A stretch of DNA of 64,000 bases from an uncultured Acidimicrobiia bacterium (GCA_963786955.1 CAWBAT010000005.1:64001-128000), one strand, 5' to 3'. Positions 1-9,793 are shown, counted from the first letter of the stretch. A program made the numbers and translations. The notes: generated by a model from the sequence alone, not told the origin.

Positions 1-92
1 GGATCTGACGAGCACCGAATTTTCTGGATCGAGCGATCGAGCAGCGCGGGACGAATTTCCCGAAAAAGTGCATTGAGACAAAGGTTATCCAT
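1..92 (-). CDS. N-terminus of probable NFACT/Rqc2 (FbpA-like) ribosome quality-control protein, runs off window
   Basis: ATG at 92 overlapping the maf stop; reads MDNLCLNALFREIRPALLDRSIQKIRC, resembling the NFACT-N start (D..L.AL..E....L....I.KI). Only 30 codons visible. Confidence 0.5.
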   Translation of the reverse strand, partial: MDNLCLNALFREIRPALLDRSIQKIRCSSD

Positions 93-666
93 GATGCAGA
101 AACTCAGGCCTTCTCAAAATTCGATAGAGCAATGAAACGGGCAATCCCACCACGTTAAAAAAACATCCTTCGATACCCTCGATAAAGCGTGCAGCCTTCC
201 CTTGACTCGCATAGCCCCCAGCTTTATCAAATGGTTCGCCCGTCTCCAGGTAATCCTCAATTTCTTCCCCCGAGAGTTCAATGAACCTCACGATAGTGCG
301 CGCGGCATCGACAACGACGGTTTCTCCTTTTAGAACACATAGCCCCGTAATGACTTCATGGGACCGGCCACTGAGCCTCTGGAGCATCCACCTCGCTGCT
401 TCCGGGCTGCCCGGTTTCCCCAGGACATGACCTTCGCAGACAACGACCGTATCGGCACCGATGACTAAAGACTCAGGGCGGATAAGACGGATCGCCATGG
501 CCTTTTCTTTGGCTAAACGCTGCACCATCTGGGAAGGAGATTCCCCCGGCTGCTGAAATTCTTCAATCTGACTGGGAATCACTTCAAAATTGCTGCACAA
601 TAGGCCGAGCAAGTCCCGGCGTCGGGGAGAACTTGAAGCAAGAACCCAGGGTCTGTTTTCAATCAT
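85..666 (-). CDS. maf: Maf/YhdE nucleoside triphosphate pyrophosphatase
   Basis: LASSSPRR, IGADTVV, LGKP, DKAGGY and NVVGLP motifs. Confidence 0.95.
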   Translation of the reverse strand: MIENRPWVLASSSPRRRDLLGLLCSNFEVIPSQIEEFQQPGESPSQMVQRLAKEKAMAIRLIRPESLVIGADTVVVCEGHVLGKPGSPEAARWMLQRLSGRSHEVITGLCVLKGETVVVDAARTIVRFIELSGEEIEDYLETGEPFDKAGGYASQGKAARFIEGIEGCFFNVVGLPVSLLYRILRRPEFLHHG

Positions 667-749
667 TTGTTTTCGTCCGTAAGTTTAGTTTACAAGTCCA
701 AAAGCGGTATGATACAAAAACTTCTTAAGTCTTCTGCCGAAGGAGGGGG

Positions 750-2138
750 ATGAAAGATCTCAAGAGTGGTCTAAAAGTCATCATCTTGGTCCTGGTTTTA
801 GCCGCCCTCGATGCCTCATTCGAGGCGCAAACCAAAGAAGCGCCGAATTCTGCTCCCGAAGCTTCCAGTTTCGATATCAGCATTTTTTTTACGGGGAACA
901 TTCAAGGTAATATTGAACCTTGTGGCTGACCGCGCAATCCCGCGGGCGGTCTGGCTCGCCGTGCTCAGATTCTAAACGAAATTCACTCCGAATATCCGGA
1001 TAAGTTTAGGATAGAAGTGGAGATCGGGAATTACATGCAGAACCTTGGACCGGACCGGAGAGTGAAGAACAAATGGGTATTACAAGGTATGAAAAAACTG
1101 GGGGTTGAAATCCTGAACGTAGCCGAATCCGATATCGATGAACTCGAGGCTCAAGGGGTTGACTTCAATGCAGACGACCGATTTATTTCTGCGAATTTGA
1201 TCTCTTCCAAGACAAATTCTCCTCTCCTGAAACCATACCTTGTCAAGCAGATCGCCTTGCCAGAAACGCAAAAAAAATTCAGGCTCGGATTCTTGGGCCT
1301 CTCGGCGCGGGAAGGTTCCTACAAGACGGATAAGAAGGGTTATCTATGGGCCGATCCGATGGTAAGCGCCAAACAATGGATTCCAGAACTCCGGAAGAAA
1401 TGTGATTTTCTAATCCTTCTGGCCTGCATGCCTTCCAAAGACTCGGTACAATTGGCAGTCGATAATCCCGAGGTCGATGTTATTTTGAATGGTTTCAAGC
1501 ACCAGTGGAGTGACCCGCCCGCCAAGATCAATCAATCCACGATCATTTATGCAGAAGATGAAGGAAGAATTCTGGGTGAGTTGCGATTGCGTATCGCGGG
1601 GAAAGAAAAAGCGGAGGTGAATTCCGTCAATCATATCCTCACAAAAGTGGTGAAGGATGACCCCGAAATGGCCGCCTATGTAGCCCTTGCCAAAGAAGAA
1701 ATTACAGAACAACAGCGGATCCTGGCGAATGAGAAGCCTCTAATAACGGCCTCATCAGAACTTCGGGTCAACTCACCTTATCTCACCGCTAAGTCCTGTG
1801 AGAATTGTCACGCATCGGCTTACGAAGTATGGCAACACTCCAAGCATGCGAAAGCTATTGAAATTCTAAAGCAGGTGAAGAGAGAATTTGATTCATCCTG
1901 TGTGGGTTGCCATACGACCGGCAAGGGGAATGTCGGGGGATTCGTAGATCTCAATCAGACACCGGAATTGGCCAACGTCCAATGTGAGGCTTGCCATGGC
2001 CCGGGACAAGCCCATAGCGCCAAGCCGACCGAATCTAAAATGCTTAAACTCAATCCATCAGCCTGCTTGCAGTGCCACACAAGATCGAATAGTCCAGAAT
2101 TTGATTTTGCAACCTATTGGTCAAAAGTAAGACATTAG
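750..2138 (+). CDS. Secreted UshA-like selenoprotein fused to C-terminal tetraheme cytochrome c (c554-like); Sec at TGA 927-929
   Basis: RBS AGGAGG then ATG at 750, in frame with ORF 1017..2138. Signal peptide, then FTGNIQGNIEPCG-TGA-PRNPAGGLARR. SECIS-like hairpin 942-959. Four CxxCH motifs (CENCH, CVGCH, CEACH, CLQCH). 462 aa if TGA is read through. Confidence 0.88.
927..964 (+). promoter_or_regulatory. Bacterial SECIS element
   Basis: TGA, then stem GCGGGC(942-947)/GCTCGC(954-959) closing loop GGTCTG 18 nt after the UGA; possible lower stem GCGC(932-935)/GTGC(961-964). Confidence 0.82.
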
Positions 2139-2278
2139 CCGCTGTTACGCCTCGCCTTTGCTTGAATGATGGGGGGGGGCCGCCGAATGGTGCACTGGGT
2201 GCAGGGCGAATTTTCCAAACGGGCAGTAAGGGGTTCTGGTTCACCCTCCTTTAATGAGAAGAACGGAATGAGGCAATC

Positions 2279-2710
2279 ATGGATCAGTTAGGAACTCTCC
2301 TCCGTCAGGCTGCCAATTTACTCCCGCAACGACAGGAACTGAAGGAGTCCTTGGCTCTGGCACTCTGGGAACAGGCCGTGGGAGAAGCGCTGGCGAAGAA
2401 TACAAAACCACTGCGATTGTACCGCTCGACGTTGATCGTTATAGTGCCCTCGCAGGCATGGAGAAAAGAATTGCACCTCATGAGAACTGAGATCGTCACA
2501 AAAATAAACGAGAACGCCGGATTTCGATTGATCCAAGATGTTGAGTTCCGCGTCGACCCAAATTTTACAGTTCTCCCCGCTACCCCACCTCAGGTCGATT
2601 CAGAAACCCCTTCAAGGCCGCTGGATTTACCGATAGAGGCCATTTCCGACCAAGGCCTTCGCGACAGCTTGGTGGCAGCTGCCTCCAGTTACCTTCAACG
2701 AAGTAGATAA
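2279..2710 (+). CDS. dciA: DUF721/DciA family protein
   Basis: W..AVG..LA.NT.P, L.V.V.S.AW..EL, I..I.F.V pattern typical of DUF721. Confidence 0.8.
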   Translation: MDQLGTLLRQAANLLPQRQELKESLALALWEQAVGEALAKNTKPLRLYRSTLIVIVPSQAWRKELHLMRTEIVTKINENAGFRLIQDVEFRVDPNFTVLPATPPQVDSETPSRPLDLPIEAISDQGLRDSLVAAASSYLQRSR

Positions 2711-2719
2711 GGATTCACT

Positions 2720-3022
2720 ATGAAAATTGGCCCCAATGAAGTCGAATATGTAGCCAAGCTGGCAAATCTGGCTATAACCGAAGAAGAGAAAAATACGTTT
2801 ATCGGGCAATTGAATTCCATCTTGGAATATGTGGAACAATTGAATCGTGTAGACACGAGTCAGGTCGAACCCACCGCTCAAGTGGTTTACGCAAAAGCCA
2901 GCACAGAGTCCATGCGAAATGACTTGCCTCAGGTTACCTTCTCGCAAGAAGATTCGCTGCAAAACGCGCCCTCAAAAGGCGCGGGGCACTTTAAGGTCCC
3001 CAAAGTCATTGCGGATCGATAA
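2720..3022 (+). CDS. gatC: Asp/Glu-tRNA amidotransferase subunit C
   Basis: VAKLANL, IL.YVEQL..VDT..VEPT, LQNAP, FKVPKVI; upstream of gatA. Confidence 0.96.
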   Translation: MKIGPNEVEYVAKLANLAITEEEKNTFIGQLNSILEYVEQLNRVDTSQVEPTAQVVYAKASTESMRNDLPQVTFSQEDSLQNAPSKGAGHFKVPKVIADR

Positions 3023-3075
3023 TTCAGTTTTACCCGTATTCCATAAAATCTTAGGAAAAGTCGTTATAAAGGGGA

Positions 3076-4527
3076 GTGTTTGTGGATTCATCGGAAACAA
3101 GAATATCCAGAATCAGAGCCTCGATCGAGAAGGGAGAAATCTCTGCTGTTGAGGTCTGTAAATCTTACCTCAAGTCCATTGAGGAGCGCGATCCGCAAAT
3201 TCATGCCCTTATTCATTACAACCCCGACATCGCTCTAGCCCAGGCCGCTCAGATCGACAAACGGCGGGCAGCTCGGCAGCCTTTGCCCCCGCTGGCCGGA
3301 ATTCCCATTGCCATCAAGGATAATATTTTGATCGAGGGCCAGCGTTGTACTTGTGCTTCGAAAATTCTAGAGAATTTTGTTGCCCCGTACAATGCCACGG
3401 TCATTGAGAAACTCTCGTCGGCTGGGGCTGTATTTGTCGGCAAGGCGAATCTGGACGAGTTCGCGATGGGGTCTTCCACAGAAAACTCAGCCTTCTTCCC
3501 AACGCACAATCCGCTCTCCCTCGATTATGTACCCGGTGGGTCAAGTGGAGGTTCAACCGCAGCGGTTGCAGGTAAAATGGCCGTTGCCGCATTAGGTTCC
3601 GACACGGGTGGTTCCATCCGCCAACCTTCATCTTTTTGCGGCGTGGTAGGGCTTAAGCCGACTTATGGACGAGTGTCGCGTTACGGACTGGTGGCGTTTG
3701 GTTCATCCTTGGATCAAATCGGGCCGATCGCAAATCACGTTGAAGATGTCGCTCTACTTTTAGGGATTCTGGCCGGTAAAGACTCTCATGATTCGACATC
3801 TCTAAATGTCGAAATTCCGGACTATCTCGCCCAGCTCAACGCCGATATCAAAGGCACCAAGATTGGATTGCCTCGAGAGTACTTCCAAGCAGGAATTACA
3901 GCCGATGTGCATTCCAAAATTCGCGCCGGTCTTAAAGTGCTGGAGGATTTAGGTTGCGAATTAATTGAAATTAACCTCCCCCATACGGACTTTGCCATTG
4001 CCTGCTATTACGTCGTGGCAATGGCTGAAGCCAGCTCTAATTTGGCACGCTTTGACGGGGTACGATATGGCTTGCGGATTCAAGGTAATGGCAGTCTGAC
4101 CGAAATGTACCGTCAGACTCGTGACCTTGGGTTTGGGGCTGAAGTCAAACGCCGCATTATTCTGGGAACGTTCGTACTCAGTTCAGGATACTACGACGCT
4201 TATTACCTGAGAGCTCAAAAGGTGCGCACATTGGTCAAGCAGGATTTTGATAAAGCCTTTGAGAAAGTAGATGTCATTGTTTCTCCGACTTCGCCCACTC
4301 CGTCGTTTCGTTTGGGCGAAAAAAGTAATGATCCTCTGGCCATGTACCTTTCTGACATTTTTACGATAACGGCAAACTTGGCGGGAATCCCAGGGATCTC
4401 AGTTCCTTGCGGTAAAAATGCTCAGGGATTGCCAATCGGTATGCAATTACTGGGAAAGCATTTTGATGAATCGCGCCTACTCAATGTTGCGCACACCTTC
4501 GAAATGGCGGGTGGGTTTACGGTTTAA
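3076..4527 (+). CDS. gatA: Asp/Glu-tRNA amidotransferase subunit A
   Basis: Amidase signature PGGSSGGS, GSDTGGSIRQP, SSNLARFDG, EVKRRI, SSGYYDAYY. Confidence 0.97.
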   Translation: MFVDSSETRISRIRASIEKGEISAVEVCKSYLKSIEERDPQIHALIHYNPDIALAQAAQIDKRRAARQPLPPLAGIPIAIKDNILIEGQRCTCASKILENFVAPYNATVIEKLSSAGAVFVGKANLDEFAMGSSTENSAFFPTHNPLSLDYVPGGSSGGSTAAVAGKMAVAALGSDTGGSIRQPSSFCGVVGLKPTYGRVSRYGLVAFGSSLDQIGPIANHVEDVALLLGILAGKDSHDSTSLNVEIPDYLAQLNADIKGTKIGLPREYFQAGITADVHSKIRAGLKVLEDLGCELIEINLPHTDFAIACYYVVAMAEASSNLARFDGVRYGLRIQGNGSLTEMYRQTRDLGFGAEVKRRIILGTFVLSSGYYDAYYLRAQKVRTLVKQDFDKAFEKVDVIVSPTSPTPSFRLGEKSNDPLAMYLSDIFTITANLAGIPGISVPCGKNAQGLPIGMQLLGKHFDESRLLNVAHTFEMAGGFTV

Positions 4528-4765
4528 TCAGGTTGTGTCTTTTTCCGGTTCGACCTTATGCTGCCGAAGCAAGAACTTCCCTGGGGCGGTGATGTCCTTC
4601 AGAGTTCCTCGCCATTGCGAACGGAGGCCTTACTCTTTGGAATAGGTCCAGCCGTGTTCCAGGAGAAGACGTATTCGATAAGCGATGCTGAGTTGCGTCT
4701 CTCGGTAGCTGGAGAAGGCTCCGTCCCCACAGGATGGACTGGTTGGCCATCAAGTGTGGCTTCCT

Positions 4766-6757
4766 ATGGAACTGATCGCAGAACTTAAGTTCTACGGATT
4801 CGCTCTCAGTGCTGCACTGCAATTCACACTCCTTACCCTGGTCAAGCGCAATCGAAGGCTCGAACGGTTGGAGAGGGTCTTCTTTGTATTGATTGCCTCC
4901 TTCTTTGTCTGGAACTTCTCAAACTTTCTGTTGCTTCTGTTCAAAAAGACGGCCAACCCCCTGAGTGAGTTCCTCTTGGATTTGGTGGTCGCACCTATGG
5001 CCTTCTGTGTTTTCGCGCTCCTTCCTTCCCAACTGCTCCATTTTCATCTACTTCTGCAAGACCGGGTCTTAACTGCGCCTATCTTCAAGGTGAGAAGATT
5101 CTGGCAGACGATTCTTTATGCGCCAGTCCTGTTTTTGCCCTTTGCCTTTTGGAATTTTGTCGCTTCGTACATCCCGCAATCTTCAGTATTGGCTGGTTCT
5201 AAGTATGTGCAGCCTTATGCAGGGTGGTTTTGTATTGCGTTGCTCGTGTCGACGTGTATTCAACTGAAGATTCTGTTCCAGATCAGGGCACGCGAAGAAC
5301 GTATCTTGTTCACGATCTTAGCCTTGATTTTCATATCGGTGGCCTCCCTTTTCTTCTATGCCTATTTCATCTCTGACTTTTACGTCCAACTTCAATCCGG
5401 TGGAACACTAGAAGCGGTTTTGATGCTTTGGTCAATTTTGCCGAGCGCCCTATTAGGCTACTACGTCTTCCGACACAGTTTCTTGGAAATTGCTGTCCGA
5501 AGGGGGATTGGATTTCCCATTGCGGCCGCTTTCCTTTTATTGGTCTATCTCATTAGTGTGCGTTGGTTGAGGGACTTGATGACGTTCAATCAGTTGCCGG
5601 AGGGATTGGCAGAAGCAATCTTAATCCTCGTTTTGTTCCCATTGTTGCAGCCACTGACGCATTGGATTGACTTGTTTTTTGATCGACTTTTTTCACGCGA
5701 GATTTCTAAGTTCGAACGAATGGCAAAACGGGTGGAGGAAATATCCAGGTCCAAGATGGAGATCCATGAGCTATTGCCTCTGATCGAAAATTTGCTGCAA
5801 CAGGAACTGGGTCTCAAAAACCCCCATCTCACCCTGGAGTCCAAATCATTGGGTTCGAGCGAAGTGGCCGATGCGGAAAATGTGATGATTGCGGGGGCCG
5901 AAGAGGTTCTAGTCTTGAAAGGAAAAGGGATAAGCGGGAATATAAGGATTGAGGAAGATCCTGAAAAGCTCAGTAACGAACAACAAGCCGGTCTCAGATA
6001 CCTGATGCCGCAAATTGCTGCAGCCATTGAGACCTGCCAGCTCCTGGAGGGGAAAATTCGATTGGAACGTGAATTGGCAGAACATTCAAAAATGGCGAGC
6101 CTGGGACAAATGGCGGCATCTATTGCTCACAATATCAAGAATCCCTTGAGCTCTATTAAAACGATCGTACAGCTGATGCAGGAAGATGGTGAGCTCACGG
6201 AGAAATACAGCCGGGATCTCTCTCTGATCAATAGTGAAATTGATCGTTTGACTTCGAGCGTCACTCAATTACTTAAATTTTCGAAGCCTGGAATTCTTTC
6301 AAACACCAGCGTGGACCTGGCAGAGGTGCTGGAAAAGATTGTAAGAATTTTTGCTCCCGACGCAGAACAAAGAGCAATAAAACTCGAATTATCTCTGGCC
6401 GAGCGCCCTCTAAAGGTCAAAGGAAACGATGAAGTCCTGGTAGAACTCTTCCAAAATCTGATCGTCAATGCGCTCGAGGCAACTCCGGATCGAAGCCTTG
6501 TGACGATCAAGGGGGAGGTTGTACGGAATGAAAAGCAACCGATGATCCTGGTTAGAATAGAGGACGAAGGCCAAGGGATTCGCCCCGAGATTCTAAAACA
6601 GATTTTTAAACCATTTTTTACGACCAAGCAAAAAGGGACAGGATTGGGTCTGTCTGTGGCGCAGCGTCGAGTCTCAGACCTCGGGGGAAATATTGATTGT
6701 TTGAGCCCGATTTCCCATCGCGGAGGAACACGTTTTGAGGTGCGATTACCTGTCTGA
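4766..6757 (+). CDS. Multi-TM sensor histidine kinase
   Basis: Hydrophobic N-terminal half; H-box AHNIKNPL; N-box NALEA; G boxes DEGQG and GTGLGL. Start could be GTG 4754. Confidence 0.92.
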   Translation: MELIAELKFYGFALSAALQFTLLTLVKRNRRLERLERVFFVLIASFFVWNFSNFLLLLFKKTANPLSEFLLDLVVAPMAFCVFALLPSQLLHFHLLLQDRVLTAPIFKVRRFWQTILYAPVLFLPFAFWNFVASYIPQSSVLAGSKYVQPYAGWFCIALLVSTCIQLKILFQIRAREERILFTILALIFISVASLFFYAYFISDFYVQLQSGGTLEAVLMLWSILPSALLGYYVFRHSFLEIAVRRGIGFPIAAAFLLLVYLISVRWLRDLMTFNQLPEGLAEAILILVLFPLLQPLTHWIDLFFDRLFSREISKFERMAKRVEEISRSKMEIHELLPLIENLLQQELGLKNPHLTLESKSLGSSEVADAENVMIAGAEEVLVLKGKGISGNIRIEEDPEKLSNEQQAGLRYLMPQIAAAIETCQLLEGKIRLERELAEHSKMASLGQMAASIAHNIKNPLSSIKTIVQLMQEDGELTEKYSRDLSLINSEIDRLTSSVTQLLKFSKPGILSNTSVDLAEVLEKIVRIFAPDAEQRAIKLELSLAERPLKVKGNDEVLVELFQNLIVNALEATPDRSLVTIKGEVVRNEKQPMILVRIEDEGQGIRPEILKQIFKPFFTTKQKGTGLGLSVAQRRVSDLGGNIDCLSPISHRGGTRFEVRLPV

Positions 6758-6828
6758 AAAGTAGTAAGAAGAGGTCGCAGACGATTTCAGGCTATAGTAC
6801 CAGGAGAGCAAATCGTACTTTCACCCCT

Positions 6829-7034
6829 GAAGGTGTGAAAGAATTGGTTTCGGCGACGCTCTGCGAGAGTCCCCCTTGGTTAAGGGGGACTCTCGGGGGC
6901 AAGGTAGGGCGGTCTCGCTGAGACCGCCGACTATAGTTTCGGCATCGCGGCGCGCACGGCGTGCGCGCCCTACCAGAACGACCGCCCCCTCCTTATCAAG
7001 GAGGGGAACCAAAATTGAATTTTTTCACACATTC
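6829..7034. mobile_element. 206-bp MITE-like composite repeat, copy 1
   Basis: About 8 mismatches to 32694..32899; terminal IR GAAGGTGTGA...TCACAC(A/C)TTC; internal palindromes and a GTAG REP pair. Confidence 0.85.
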
Positions 7035-7119
7035 CCTCAGCGAGAGGATCCAGGGATGGAATGTACTGTGTGTCCAAGAAATAACTCTGCAATTTTCGCC
7101 TATCAATTGGGTGAGGCTC

Positions 7120-8517
7120 ATGATCAGAATTTTGATTGTCGATGATGAAGAAGCGGCACGTTACGGTATCCGTCGTGCCCTTGAAAACAAAACGATGGAA
7201 CTATTGGAGGCCTCCAGCGCCGAACAAGCACGGGATGTCATCAAGAACTGTCGTCCCCATATTATGCTCACTGACATCAATATGCCCGGTGAGGACGGCC
7301 TGTCTTTGCTTCACAGCTTGAAAGACGATCCTCAGAAGCCACTGTCTCTCATGGTTACAGCGTTCGGCAGCGTTAAAGTGGCCGTCGAAGCCATGAAAGC
7401 GGGGGCTTATGATTATGTCGTGAAACCATTCGAAATCGATGAGCTGCGATTGGTTGTCGACAGGGCCGTTGAGAGGGTTCGACTTGAAATTGAGAATCAA
7501 CAACTCAAAAAGCAAATCCTTTCCGAGGGTAATTTCGGTCGAATGATTGGGAAGTGTGCCCGGATGCAGCAACTTTTTGAGACCGCAAACCAAGTGGCAG
7601 CGAGTGATGTAACTGTCCTGATCTATGGTGAAAGTGGCACGGGAAAGGAGTTACTGGCAAAGGAGATTCATGATCGCAGTCCCAGGAAGAAAGGACCATT
7701 CGTCGCAGTCAATTGCGCGGCGCTTCCAGAAGCGCTGATCGAAAGTGAGTTGTTTGGACATGAACGGGGTGCCTTCACCGGTGCTCAGGACTTAAGAAGA
7801 GGGAAATTTGAATTGGCTCACGGAGGAACGATCTTCCTCGACGAGATTGGAGATATGAACCCACTCACTCAAGCCAAAGTTCTGCGCACCCTTGAAGAGA
7901 GAAGAGTTGAGCGGCTCGGAGGGAGCCAATCCATACCGGTCGATGTCCGTATCATTAGCGCAACTCATAAGAATTTAACAACAGAGGTCAACGACGGAAG
8001 ATTTCGCCAGGACCTTTATTACCGCTTGAAAGTTCTCACCTTTGAAATTCCACCTTTGCGGCAACGGCGGGAGGATTTGCCGATTCTGATCCAGACTTTT
8101 CTCGATTTGTATTCGGCACGTCACAAGAAAGACCCGGTCCGCCTGACTTCAGAGTCCTTGGGATACTTGAAGGAGTATGACTGGCCAGGCAATGTCCGTG
8201 AACTCAGAAACATCATTGAGGGATGTGTTGTTTTGAACCGCTCGGGGGAAATCGAGGCCGTGGATTTGCCCCAGGAACTTTTGAAGAACAGACCCGATCA
8301 AAGACCGATGGGAGCTATGGACAAGGATCACTCCAGTGTCGAAGGGCTCTTCACGTTACCCTATAAAGAAGCGAAACGCGAGTTTGAGGGACGCTATATC
8401 ACCGCAAGGCTTCAGGGGAATCGGGGGAATATCAGTCGCACAGCGGCTCAGGTTGGTCTACACCGTCAAAGTCTGCAGCAAAAATTGCGCGAACTCGGAA
8501 TCCAAAGAGGAGAGTGA
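7120..8517 (+). CDS. Sigma-54-dependent response regulator (NtrC/AtoC family)
   Basis: Receiver ILIVDDE...DINMP; GESGTGKE; GAFTGA; WPGNVREL; Fis HTH. True start is ATG 7120, not 6961. Confidence 0.95.
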   Translation: MIRILIVDDEEAARYGIRRALENKTMELLEASSAEQARDVIKNCRPHIMLTDINMPGEDGLSLLHSLKDDPQKPLSLMVTAFGSVKVAVEAMKAGAYDYVVKPFEIDELRLVVDRAVERVRLEIENQQLKKQILSEGNFGRMIGKCARMQQLFETANQVAASDVTVLIYGESGTGKELLAKEIHDRSPRKKGPFVAVNCAALPEALIESELFGHERGAFTGAQDLRRGKFELAHGGTIFLDEIGDMNPLTQAKVLRTLEERRVERLGGSQSIPVDVRIISATHKNLTTEVNDGRFRQDLYYRLKVLTFEIPPLRQRREDLPILIQTFLDLYSARHKKDPVRLTSESLGYLKEYDWPGNVRELRNIIEGCVVLNRSGEIEAVDLPQELLKNRPDQRPMGAMDKDHSSVEGLFTLPYKEAKREFEGRYITARLQGNRGNISRTAAQVGLHRQSLQQKLRELGIQRGE

Positions 8518-9680
8518 TATTGAACGATTGCCTTCGAAGACATCTGATCGTTTCCTTGAGTATTCTCTTCGGTTGTTGGCTATGCTCGAGCCAGCTTGTC
8601 GCAGATTCCCATCCTTTCGAGATGACTCCCGAAACGGCCCAGATTCTGCATAACGGTCTTAATCGGATGTACCAATACGACCTGAAAGAAGCAGACAATC
8701 TTTTTGACGACCTCATTCGGCGTTTCCCCGAACATCCGATCGGCTATATGCACAAGGCTGAGTTGGCCTGGTGGAAAGCTTTGATGGACACCAAAGATGA
8801 AGGGCTCAAAGAAACGTTTCGCCGTTTTAATGAACAGGCGTTGCTCAAAGGGGAAGAGAGCTTGGCTCGGAATCCCAAAGATTTCTATGCCCTGCTTTAC
8901 CTCGCAGGGACCTATGGCAATCAGACAAGATTCAATGTTTATATTACGAGAAGTTATTTTGGCGCTATGTCGTCAGGGCTAAAGGGGTATAAATATATCA
9001 AGTCGGCACACAGCCTCAGACCGAGCTATGTCGATTGTCTGATCGGGCTAGGTGCATACAACTACTTTGCAGGGGCCGTTCCTCTGGTCATTAAGCCCTT
9101 TGTCGGGATGTTCAGTGCTCCAGGCAACAAGACCGAAGGCATTAAGCAGTTGGAGCGGGTAGCAGCAAAAGGCGAATTCGGCCAAATTGAAGCGAGAACC
9201 GTGCTGCTTGGCATTTATTTGAACGAAAAAAGTTGGGGGCGGTATCAGAAAATCTTAAGGCAATTAATCGCAGAGTTCCCTTCAAATCCTGTCTTCTATG
9301 CTTGGCTAGCGGTCCCTTTCATCACGCAAAAGCGATGGAGTGAAGGAATCCAGCAGTTTTCAGAATTGATCGATCAAAGCAGCTCCAACAGCGCGCGGGC
9401 AGGCCAGGGTTACGCTTTTTACCAGAAGGGACGTCTCGAACTCGAGAAGGGAGATCTAGCGAGCGCGATCAAGAGCTTCAGCCGGATTCTCGATAGGCCA
9501 TCGAATGATGATAATCTGCTCGCCCGAACTCTCTTATTGCGGGCTTATGCCAATGATCTCTTAGGAAACCGGGATTCGGCTTTGGCAGACTATCATGCAA
9601 CGATTGGTCTGCCCAATGTGGAAGACACGCATCGAAAAGCTCAACAATTCTTGAGCAGTCCCTACCTCGGACCACATTAG
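8514..9680 (+). CDS. Exported TPR-repeat protein
   Basis: Signal-like N-terminus, helical TPR-like repeats; GTGA overlap with the regulator stop. Confidence 0.75.
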   Translation: MILNDCLRRHLIVSLSILFGCWLCSSQLVADSHPFEMTPETAQILHNGLNRMYQYDLKEADNLFDDLIRRFPEHPIGYMHKAELAWWKALMDTKDEGLKETFRRFNEQALLKGEESLARNPKDFYALLYLAGTYGNQTRFNVYITRSYFGAMSSGLKGYKYIKSAHSLRPSYVDCLIGLGAYNYFAGAVPLVIKPFVGMFSAPGNKTEGIKQLERVAAKGEFGQIEARTVLLGIYLNEKSWGRYQKILRQLIAEFPSNPVFYAWLAVPFITQKRWSEGIQQFSELIDQSSSNSARAGQGYAFYQKGRLELEKGDLASAIKSFSRILDRPSNDDNLLARTLLLRAYANDLLGNRDSALADYHATIGLPNVEDTHRKAQQFLSSPYLGPH

Positions 9681-9793
9681 AGACTGCCTTCTGAAGTTTG
9701 CTGACAGACTAGATCTAAGAGATACTGGAGGAAGTTATTCAGTCTACTTCACAATCAGGAGAAGAGAAGCTTCCTCTGTTCTCAAAAGGGGTA

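Noticed and set aside
927-929. TGA as a nonsense mutation or sign of an alternative genetic code
   Set aside because: TGA ends genes normally elsewhere (6755-6757, 8515-8517, ccmC). The CxU context and SECIS hairpin favour site-specific Sec.
1017-2138. ORF-track start at GTG 1017
   Set aside because: It lacks a signal peptide and cuts off the first motif; the upstream in-frame ATG 750 has a strong RBS.
4558-4788. 76-aa ORF between gatA and the kinase
   Set aside because: No RBS or recognisable motifs, and it overlaps the kinase start.
6821-7145. Short ORFs 6821..7012, 6876..7145, 32680..32877 and the 6961 extension of the regulator
   Set aside because: They are translations of the GC-rich 206-bp repeat.
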